A DNA stretch of 32,000 nucleotides, from assembly GCA_000025185.1 (NCBI GenBank), contig CP001848.1, positions 1,230,001 through 1,262,000 on the forward strand, given 5' to 3'. The first letter of the stretch is position 1. Every line of letters starts with the position of its first letter. This document shows, piece by piece, positions 14,856 to 22,732 of this stretch. Source of the DNA: Pirellula staleyi DSM 6068. Its GTDB lineage: Bacteria > Planctomycetota > Planctomycetia > Pirellulales > Pirellulaceae. The position numbers and the translations under genes are program-made. The notes beneath the pieces were generated by a model. That model ran no database searches. It saw only the letters and a list, made by a program, of their open reading frames with translations, and had not been told where the DNA came from.

Positions 14856-16568
14856 ATGCCATCACAGTCTCTCGGAGCCCTCAAGGCAGGGTCGCTTGTG
14901 GGTCGTTTGCCTCTCGCTGCTGTGCTGGGCATGATCGGCTGGCTAGCACTTGCCGCGCCGCTGCGGGGCGAGTCGCCCAAGCTGGTGGTGGTGATCAGCG
15001 TCGATCAGTACTGCCAAGAGTACATGAACCGCTTTCGCCCGACCCTCGTCTCCCCCCCCGATCAGCAGCCCGGCATGCTCGCCGAAGTGCTGGCCAAAGG
15101 GACGATGTTCACCGAGTGCCATCATCGGCACGCTTTCACGGTGACAGCTCCCGGGCATGCCGTGCAGATGACCGGCACCTATCCATCGCGCACTGGGGTG
15201 ATCGGCAACGACTGGTTCGATCGCGAGACGGGGAAAGATCGCTACTGCGTGAGCGACCCCCAAGAAACGATCGTCGGCTTTCCGACCGGCAAACCGATGT
15301 CTCCACGCGTGCTCGAGACCGACACCGTCGGGGACCGAATGAAACTCGCAACTGGCGGACGATCGAAAGTGATTGGGGTGGCGATCAAAGACCGAGCTGC
15401 GATTTTGATGACCGGCCATCGCGCCGACGCTGCTTACTGGCTGCAGAACAATCACTGGGTCACCAGCACCTACTATCGCAACGATCTGCCAGGCTACTTG
15501 CGTGTGCTCAACGACCAAAAAGCGATCGACCAGTTCCGGGGGAAAGTTTGGGATCTGCTGCTGCCGGAATCGGCCTACACCAAGAGCAGCCCCGATGACA
15601 TGCCGTACGAAAATCCTCCAGCCAATTTCGATACCAAGTTTCCGCACGAGTTTGCCAAACTGGGAGAGCTCAACGAGGACAAGTTCGGCGATCAGGTCCT
15701 CTACTCACCGTTTGGGAACGACTACACGTTGCAGGCAGCGCGCGAGATTGTGATCGGCGAGAAACTGGGGGGCGATGAGTATCCCGATTTCCTGGCAATC
15801 AACTTTTCGAGCAACGACTATGTGGGACACGCCTTTGGCCCCTACAGCATGGAAGTGGAAGACATCACCTATCGCACCGATCGTCAGATTCTCGGCTTCA
15901 CGAAGTTTCTCGACGAGCAAGTCGGAGCGGGGAAGTGGACACTGATGATCACAGCCGATCATGGTGTGGCACCGATTCCAGAATGGGCGGCAGAGCAGAA
16001 GATTCCTGCGAAGCGCAATCCGCTCGGGAGTCTTTCGCAACTCAAGGACAAACTCGAGGCCCGCGTGCGGAGCGCGATTGGGGCGGAAACGAGCGAAAAA
16101 CCGGTGATTTTGGACTTCTCGGAAAATGCTGTGCTGTTTGATCACGCCCATGAAAAGCTCGTCGGCACACAATCGCGCGAGCTGGCCGAACGAGCGGTGC
16201 GCGACATGCTGCTCGAGCAAGATGGTATCGCGTCAGCTTTCACGCGCAGCGATTTGCTCGCCGGTGGTCAGGGAAAGTTGTTCGAGCAAGTGAGCCTGGC
16301 GTTTCATCCACGTCGCAGCGGCGATGTGCTGTACGTGCTCAAGCCCTACTGCATCACAGGCGGAAGTGGTAAAGGGACAACGCACGGGAGTCCTTATTTC
16401 TACGACACGCATGTTCCCTGCTTGCTGCTGGGATGTGGCATTCAAAAGCAGGTGAGCGATCGGCCAGTGAGCCCCGCTTGTCTCGCCTCGACGATTGCGC
16501 AGCTGCTCGGCATCGATCCACCGGCTGGAAATATCGAGCAGCCGCTCATCGAAGCACTGGCTAAATAG
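14856..16568 (+). CDS. Alkaline-phosphatase-superfamily enzyme, nucleotide pyrophosphatase/phosphodiesterase (NPP)-like, secreted
   Basis: The track start 14820 is TTG. The ATG at 14856 gives a signal-like N-terminus (LPLAAVLGMIGWLALAAPLRG). Metal/nucleophile motifs: VVISVDQ and TVTAPGHAVQMTGTYPSRTGVIGNDW (NPP-type T-x-P-x-H...TG...G-I-x-x-N). Also ITADHG. Confidence 0.88.
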   Translation: MPSQSLGALKAGSLVGRLPLAAVLGMIGWLALAAPLRGESPKLVVVISVDQYCQEYMNRFRPTLVSPPDQQPGMLAEVLAKGTMFTECHHRHAFTVTAPGHAVQMTGTYPSRTGVIGNDWFDRETGKDRYCVSDPQETIVGFPTGKPMSPRVLETDTVGDRMKLATGGRSKVIGVAIKDRAAILMTGHRADAAYWLQNNHWVTSTYYRNDLPGYLRVLNDQKAIDQFRGKVWDLLLPESAYTKSSPDDMPYENPPANFDTKFPHEFAKLGELNEDKFGDQVLYSPFGNDYTLQAAREIVIGEKLGGDEYPDFLAINFSSNDYVGHAFGPYSMEVEDITYRTDRQILGFTKFLDEQVGAGKWTLMITADHGVAPIPEWAAEQKIPAKRNPLGSLSQLKDKLEARVRSAIGAETSEKPVILDFSENAVLFDHAHEKLVGTQSRELAERAVRDMLLEQDGIASAFTRSDLLAGGQGKLFEQVSLAFHPRRSGDVLYVLKPYCITGGSGKGTTHGSPYFYDTHVPCLLLGCGIQKQVSDRPVSPACLASTIAQLLGIDPPAGNIEQPLIEALAK

Positions 16569-16633
16569 CCGCGATTTCCCGTGGTTTATTGCACTTTTTG
16601 ACTTTCCCCGAGTGGGCCCGAGCCTCGCGCGCT

Positions 16634-18307
16634 ATGCAACGACCGGCGATTTATTACGTCGACGACGGGTTCGACACGAGTGGCAAGCGACTTGTCGGCA
16701 GACAAGCGGCTGGCGAAGGTTTTTTGCGCGCGATGGCGCGCTATACCACCAGCGATGTGCTCTACGGCGCTACGTCGAACAAGCGTTCGATCGACGCGAT
16801 GCAGCAGCGCGTGGCGCCCGATCTGCGTCACGATGTGCGGCTCGAGTGGCTCAAGCTTTTCCTCCCCGAGGAGATGCGCCGCGCCAGTGTGGTGTATCGC
16901 AGCGATCCGGTCCTCGGCGAACTCGCGTGGCAACGACGCTTCTTCGATCAGCGCGCCTATAGCCTCTGTGGACTCACGCACACCATCTGCTCGCGCGAGG
17001 CGATGCAAGCAATCGGCGACATGCTCACCCTGCCGCTGCAGCCGTGGGACGCCGTGATCTGCACGTCGCAATCGGTGCGCACTTCTGTCGCCGAAATCCA
17101 CGCGAATTATCAGGAGTATCTGGCCGAGCGAACCGGTGGAAAACCGTCGATTTCCCTTCAATTACCGGTGATTCCGCTCGGTGTCGACTGCGATGAGCAG
17201 CAGAAATATCGTCAGCAAGCCCAGACGCGAAAAGCGCTGCGCAAGACCCTCGAAGTGGCCGACGACGACGTGCTGGTGATGTTCCTCGGACGTCTGAACT
17301 TCTATACCAAAGCGCATCCCACTCCCCTGTGGATGGCCGCATCGCAAGCAGCTGCGAAGTGCAAAACGAAACTCCATTTGCTGATGGTCGGCTGGTTTGA
17401 AGATGAGCGCGAGGAGCAAGCCTATCGCGCGGCGGCCAAAACTTTCGCGCCGAACGTAGCGACCAGCTTTCTCGATGGACGACAGCCGGAACTGCGCGCG
17501 GCGGCTTGGAGCGCCGCAGATCTGTTTGTTTCGCCGGTCGATAATGTCCAAGAGACGTTTGGCCTGACACCGCTCGAAGCGATGGCAGCGGGAATACCGG
17601 TGATCGTTTCAGACTGGAACGGTTATCGCGAAACGGTGCGCGATGGGATCGATGGATTTCGGATTCCGACCATCGCGCCGCCAGCTGGTACTGGAATCGA
17701 CTTAGCGCATCGCTACAACGGCGACACGAATCTCTACAGCCAAGTGGTGGCGCGACTTTCGATGGCCACCACGGTCGATCCAGCGTTCTTAGCACAGGCT
17801 TTGGTGCGGCTGATCGACGACAAAACATTGCGGCAAAAAATGGGGGCCGAAGGGGCCCGCTATGCGCGCGAGAAGTTCGACTGGCGCGTGGTGATTGGAC
17901 TTTACGAACAGCTGTGGGAAGAGCTCGCGCGGATACGTGGCGCCGCGCCGGAAACAGCGCCGCGACGCCCCGATCAGCCGGCAGCGCCACTGTGCGATGA
18001 TCTGCTGCGGGTCTTTGCGAACTACGCCACCCACACGATTTCGGAAAGCACGCCGCTGTTCCTCGGAACGCATTATTCTCCGGAGAATCTGCCCAAATTA
18101 GCCTCCGAATGGATGAGCAACTTTGGCCGCGACTCGCGACTACCGGCAGAAGAACTGCAGCGGATTATGCTCGTGGTCGAGATGATGCCAGGGATTCGGG
18201 TCGATCAACTGGGTCTCGCCGCGCTCGATGCGATCAGCATCCGCTCGCTCGGCTATCTACTGAAGTTCGGGCTCCTGGCGACCCATCCTACGCAGCTATC
18301 TTCCTAG
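16634..18307 (+). CDS. GT-B fold glycosyltransferase, family 4-like, with about 120-aa C-terminal extension
   Basis: The track start 16589 is TTG; the ATG at 16634 (MQRPAIYYVDDG) is preferred. E-x7-E motif ETFGLTPLEAM, followed by AGIPVIVSDWNGYRETV. Residues encoded after about nt 17945 extend beyond the GT domain. Confidence 0.85.
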   Translation: MQRPAIYYVDDGFDTSGKRLVGRQAAGEGFLRAMARYTTSDVLYGATSNKRSIDAMQQRVAPDLRHDVRLEWLKLFLPEEMRRASVVYRSDPVLGELAWQRRFFDQRAYSLCGLTHTICSREAMQAIGDMLTLPLQPWDAVICTSQSVRTSVAEIHANYQEYLAERTGGKPSISLQLPVIPLGVDCDEQQKYRQQAQTRKALRKTLEVADDDVLVMFLGRLNFYTKAHPTPLWMAASQAAAKCKTKLHLLMVGWFEDEREEQAYRAAAKTFAPNVATSFLDGRQPELRAAAWSAADLFVSPVDNVQETFGLTPLEAMAAGIPVIVSDWNGYRETVRDGIDGFRIPTIAPPAGTGIDLAHRYNGDTNLYSQVVARLSMATTVDPAFLAQALVRLIDDKTLRQKMGAEGARYAREKFDWRVVIGLYEQLWEELARIRGAAPETAPRRPDQPAAPLCDDLLRVFANYATHTISESTPLFLGTHYSPENLPKLASEWMSNFGRDSRLPAEELQRIMLVVEMMPGIRVDQLGLAALDAISIRSLGYLLKFGLLATHPTQLSS

Positions 18308-18335
18308 ATTGCACTCGTCAATTCTTTTCGCATAG

Positions 18336-18390
18336 TTCCTGAAGACTTACTGCGCCAGTTTGGCACTGTTCTCGAGCAAGTCTTCAGGAA
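18336..18390. terminator. Large perfect hairpin between convergent genes (probable terminator)
   Basis: 13-bp perfect inverted repeat ttcctgaagactt (18336-18348) / aagtcttcaggaa (18378-18390) with a 29-nt loop. Followed by the T-rich tatttgacgttttt. It starts 29 nt after the GT stop codon. Confidence 0.5.
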
Positions 18391-18435
18391 TATTTGACGT
18401 TTTTCTGCAGAGTTCTGCAACTACAAGCGGCTGAT

Positions 18436-19674
18436 TTACTTCGTCTTCAGCGCGTCGATAGCAATCTGCTGAAAGGTTCCGCGCAGCTCACTACCGTCGC
18501 TGTTGCCAAAGTCGGTGCGCTGTACCAGGAGAACGAAAAACATCTTGCGCGACGGATCGATCCAGCCTTGCGTTCCGAATGCACCACCATGGCCGAAGCT
18601 GCCAGGCGAGAGCATCGCGGTGACCCCTTGAGGCTCGCGGACGAAGATGTAACCGAGTCCCCAGCCGCACCCCGGTGTGAAACCGGTCACGATCTCGCCG
18701 GTTTGCAGTTTGGTCATTTCGGCAATGCTCTCGGCCGAGAGAATGCGATGCCCTTGATACTCGCCACCATTGATCACCATTTGATAGAACCGCGCGAGAT
18801 CGCGCGCCGTCGAGAACAAGCCGCCCGAAGGGTTTGGGGTTCGTTCGCCACTGAGATCGGTGATCCAGCTCGTCGCTGCGACAAGACTTTTCTTATCGGC
18901 GCCAGGCTTGTAGAGCTTCGCGATCCGCTCCTGCTGCGCGGCGCTTGGTACAAACGAAGTGTCGTGCATTCCTAGGGGAATGAAGATGTTTTTCCGCAGA
19001 AAAACGTCGAATGCTTCGCCACTCACGACCTCGACCACGCGACCACAGACACTGATCGCTGGGCTGTATTGCCACTTCTCGCCGGGGCTAAAATCGAGGG
19101 GTCGTGCGGCCATTTTTGTGACCGTTTCAGCGAGTGTTCCTTCGTTCGCCTGGCTGCCACCCATCCCCGAAGTGTGCGTGAGCAAGTGACGAATCGTGAT
19201 CGGACCGCTTGGCGCTGCACCACTTTTGAGACGCACATTTTTGAACTCAGGCAGGTAGGTCGCCACCGGTTCATCGAGCGACACTTTCTTCTGCTCAACG
19301 AGAATCATGAGCGCCGTGGCGCTGATCGGTTTGCTCATCGAAGCGATGCCGAACAGTGCATCGGTCTTCATCTCGCGACCCGTTTCGAGGTCGGCTTTTC
19401 CCACGGCCGAGAGATGAACGATACGTCCCGCGTGACCGACCATTGCAACAATGCCGCTGGCGCGCTGTGCTTCGACTTCCGCCATCATCGCTGCTGGAAT
19501 TTTTGCGAGCGTTGCGCCGTCGAACTCAGCCGCATCGGTGACTTCGGGGAGACCGGCGACCTTCTCAGCTACGTTCTCTGTAGCGTTCTCCGCGAAGGCT
19601 GAAGGTGCGAGTAAGCATGTCGCCGCGAGAGCGAGCAAGATTCTAAAAACAAAGAGAGAGCGCGTTAGCGACAT
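18436..19674 (-). CDS. Secreted serine hydrolase, beta-lactamase/transpeptidase-like (class C/esterase family)
   Basis: Track ORF 18436..19758. The ATG at 19674 gives the signal peptide MSLTRSLFVFRILLALAATCLLAPSAFA|EN. Active-site S-x-x-K in FGIASMSKPISATAL. 412 aa. Confidence 0.88.
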   Translation of the reverse strand: MSLTRSLFVFRILLALAATCLLAPSAFAENATENVAEKVAGLPEVTDAAEFDGATLAKIPAAMMAEVEAQRASGIVAMVGHAGRIVHLSAVGKADLETGREMKTDALFGIASMSKPISATALMILVEQKKVSLDEPVATYLPEFKNVRLKSGAAPSGPITIRHLLTHTSGMGGSQANEGTLAETVTKMAARPLDFSPGEKWQYSPAISVCGRVVEVVSGEAFDVFLRKNIFIPLGMHDTSFVPSAAQQERIAKLYKPGADKKSLVAATSWITDLSGERTPNPSGGLFSTARDLARFYQMVINGGEYQGHRILSAESIAEMTKLQTGEIVTGFTPGCGWGLGYIFVREPQGVTAMLSPGSFGHGGAFGTQGWIDPSRKMFFVLLVQRTDFGNSDGSELRGTFQQIAIDALKTK

Positions 19675-19798
19675 CGGAGAGCTCCGCAAACTTGGTGGAG
19701 AGAGTGTGACGCGAGGTGGAACGATCAGCATCATGCGCGCGAAGTGGTGCGCCGTCAAACTGATTGACCAGAGGTGTCACGCGCGACTGAGGCGGGCG

Positions 19799-21535
19799 CT
19801 ATTTTTTAAGCACCAGTTTTTTGAACTTCGCCAGCGAAAGTGTGTTGGCAATGTCGGCCTTGGTCGCTCCGGCGCGACGCGCTTGCAAGATGCCGCAGCG
19901 CATCACATCCATGCCACCGGTGTGGTGGGCGTCGGTGTTGATCGAGAGCATCACTCCTGCTTCGCGGGCCTGCGCGGCGAGGACTTCATTCAGGTCGAGA
20001 CGCTGCGGATTGGCGTTGATTTCGAGCAGTTTTTTATGTTTTTTGGCAGCGGCGATCACAGCTGTGATATCGACTTCGTAAGGCTCGCGACGATTGATCA
20101 ACCGGCCAGTGGGGTGCGCAATCATGTGGACATGCGGGTGCTCGAGCGCGAACAAAATGCGCTCGGTGATCTCGGCTCGCGATTGCTTTTGACCGAAGTG
20201 GACGCTGCCGATGATGAAGTCACCTTGCGCCAGGACGTCGTCGGGCAAGTCCATTCCACCCGCTTCGAGAATGTCGCATTCGATCCCTTTGAGGATCACA
20301 AACTCATCGTCGTTGGCTGCATTCCAGGCGTCGATTTTTTTCCACTCGGCCAGGACTCGATCGGGCGTTAAGCCGCGAGCGACCGAGACGCGCTGCGAGT
20401 GATCGGTGATGGCGATGTACTGCATCCCTCGCGCGCGGGCTGCTGTCGCCATTTCGTCGATCGAGTTGTTGCCGTCGGTCGCTGTGGTGTGCATGTGCAG
20501 GTCGCAAACGATATCGGCAAGCTCGACGAGCGCGGGAAACGGTTGGTGTCGTGCCGCTTCGTATTCCCAGCGTCCCTCGCGCGATTCCGGCGGAAAACAG
20601 GGCAAATCGACCGTAGCATAAACCTCGGCTTCGGTGCTCCCGGCGACGAGCGTTTCGCTACCATCGGCCTCAACCCGGTAGACACCATACTCGTTGATCT
20701 TGAGGCCGCGCTCTTTGGCGAGCGAGCGGAGCTTGACGTTGTGTTCCTTCGAGCCGGTGAAGTACTGCAGCGCCGCGCCGAACGATTCTTCGCCAACGAC
20801 GCGGAGGTCGACTTGCAGATTCGAATCAAGGCGGATCGACATTTTGGTATCGCCGCGCGCGATCACATCCTGGAGGGGTGGAAACTTGGCAAAGTGATCC
20901 ATCACCCCTGCGACGTCGCGCGAGATGACAAGCAGATCGAGATCGCCAATCGAGTCCTTGCCACGGCGATAACTCCCCGCCACTTCGAGCTTATCAATCG
21001 CCTGACAGGGGCGCATGTGCGCGAGCAAGGCTTGCACCACTTTATCGGCGTCGTACCACAGCATCCGCTCGTTGCCGGCGGCGGCGATGGTGAGTCCTTG
21101 CAAGATCAGCTGTTCGGTTTTTGCAGCAAATCCCTTGAGTTCTCGCACTTTTCCTTGCTCACACGCGCTTTTGAGTTCCTCGAGCGACTTCACACCAAGC
21201 TCTTTGTAAAGTGCGGCTGCTTTCTTGGGACCGACTCCTGGAATGCGCAGCAGCGCGAGGACACTCTCGGGAACCTGGCTCCGGAGTTCGTCGAGCATGG
21301 CGAGCTTACCAGTCTCGACCATGGCGATGATTTTCGCCGCTAGATCGTCGCCGATTCCCTCGATCTCTTTGAGCGCGGCGACCCCTTGCTGCGCGAGCTC
21401 GGCGAGCGATCCGCTGTAGTCGCGCAGTGTTCGCGCGCTATTGCGATACGCCCGAACGCGAAAGCTGTTCGCCCCTTGAAACTCGAGCAAGTCGGCAATC
21501 AGGTCGAACGCATCGGCGATTTTTTCATTCGTCAT
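19799..21535 (-). CDS. polX: Family X DNA polymerase with C-terminal PHP phosphoesterase domain
   Basis: 578 aa. N-terminal HhH region (ADLLEFQGANSFRVRAYRNSA). Pol-beta nucleotidyltransferase motif GSYRRGKDSIGDLDLLV. PHP motifs CDLHMHTTATDG and ITDHS. Confidence 0.92.
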   Translation of the reverse strand: MTNEKIADAFDLIADLLEFQGANSFRVRAYRNSARTLRDYSGSLAELAQQGVAALKEIEGIGDDLAAKIIAMVETGKLAMLDELRSQVPESVLALLRIPGVGPKKAAALYKELGVKSLEELKSACEQGKVRELKGFAAKTEQLILQGLTIAAAGNERMLWYDADKVVQALLAHMRPCQAIDKLEVAGSYRRGKDSIGDLDLLVISRDVAGVMDHFAKFPPLQDVIARGDTKMSIRLDSNLQVDLRVVGEESFGAALQYFTGSKEHNVKLRSLAKERGLKINEYGVYRVEADGSETLVAGSTEAEVYATVDLPCFPPESREGRWEYEAARHQPFPALVELADIVCDLHMHTTATDGNNSIDEMATAARARGMQYIAITDHSQRVSVARGLTPDRVLAEWKKIDAWNAANDDEFVILKGIECDILEAGGMDLPDDVLAQGDFIIGSVHFGQKQSRAEITERILFALEHPHVHMIAHPTGRLINRREPYEVDITAVIAAAKKHKKLLEINANPQRLDLNEVLAAQAREAGVMLSINTDAHHTGGMDVMRCGILQARRAGATKADIANTLSLAKFKKLVLKK

Positions 21536-21628
21536 GGCAACGTCGCTTCGGGCGAGTAATCTTACGAGCGCAGTAGCAGTTTCGTCCTATTTCACGAGCC
21601 ATTCGCTCGGAAAACGAGTGCTGCGCTA

Positions 21629-22624
21629 CTACACGTGAATCTCGACAACATCTTTGTCGTGCACTACATAGTCCCCTTTGAGCTGGCTTCCGCCGATCAC
21701 GCCGCTGCCCCAGACGCGGGCGTATTTGAAATTTTCGGCGATATCGCGGTGCACCATTTCGGCCACATCGAGCAGCGTGCCGCCGCGCCGCAGTGTGAAT
21801 GGTTTGTCGTAGTCCGCTTCTTTTTTGTTCGGCAGCTTCGTGTACACGCGAACGATATCGAGCTTCTCGATCACGAGGCTAGTGAGCTCGGCGAGTCCCG
21901 TTTTTTCGAGCGCCGAGATTTGAATCTCGGGGAGATCGACCTTGATGAACTCGCGCAGCAGCGCGAGCCGGTCGGCAGCTTCGGGCAAGTCGATTTTGTT
22001 GAGCACGAGGATCGCCTGGGTGTACGACAGGCCGATATCTTCTTCGTCGAGCGACGACTCGCGGGCGAGGCGCGTTTTCGTTCCACCAAGCCTGTCGAGC
22101 ACTTGCTGCAGCTGATCGATTCCATCGTCGTCCCCCAGATCGACCAGCAGCAGCACCAGATCGCTCCCCCGAATGATGCCAAGCAAGTTGGTATCGAAGA
22201 CATCGACCGTGATCGGCGGGGTATCGAGCAACTGCACGGAAATATCTTCCCACGCCATCATGCCGGGCTGCACTTCGCGCGTGGTGAAGGGATAAGGGGC
22301 AATCTCGGGCGCTGCGCGAGTGAGACTCGCCAGGAGCTGACTTTTGCCACTATTGGGGCCGCCGATGATCACCACGCGTCCCGCCCCTTGCCGGGGAATC
22401 TTGATCCCCGCGCTCTTTTTCCCCCCCGACTTTTTCGACTGTTCGACCTCTTCTTTCGCGCGGCTGATTTTGTGCTTCAGCTCGGCCTGAAGTTTGTCGG
22501 TCCCTTTGTGTTTGGGGATTTCGCGCAGCATGAGCTCAAGACAGCGGAGCTCGTCTTCCGGCGTTTGCGCCTGGCGATATTGCTCTTCGGCCTTGTGATA
22601 CTGCGCGGTGAGATTGGCTGGCAT
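21629..22624 (-). CDS. DRG/Rbg-like OBG-family GTPase with C-terminal TGS domain
   Basis: 331 aa. N-terminal helical segment, Lys/Gly spacer, G1 GGPNSGKS, G2 YPFTTRE, G4 NKID, G5 SAL. TGS-like tail VRVYTK...KGDYVVHDKDVVEIHV. The G3 position reads DTPP (see findings). Confidence 0.85.
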   Translation of the reverse strand: MPANLTAQYHKAEEQYRQAQTPEDELRCLELMLREIPKHKGTDKLQAELKHKISRAKEEVEQSKKSGGKKSAGIKIPRQGAGRVVIIGGPNSGKSQLLASLTRAAPEIAPYPFTTREVQPGMMAWEDISVQLLDTPPITVDVFDTNLLGIIRGSDLVLLLVDLGDDDGIDQLQQVLDRLGGTKTRLARESSLDEEDIGLSYTQAILVLNKIDLPEAADRLALLREFIKVDLPEIQISALEKTGLAELTSLVIEKLDIVRVYTKLPNKKEADYDKPFTLRRGGTLLDVAEMVHRDIAENFKYARVWGSGVIGGSQLKGDYVVHDKDVVEIHV

Positions 22625-22732
22625 GGCAACACTGTCGATCGGGAGAGTGAAATCTGGCGATTCGTCGGCGAATCGCAGAGGCTCATTTTATCCGATCGCG
22701 CGCCGGCCGCGAGGAGGTCGCAAGGTTCCGCA

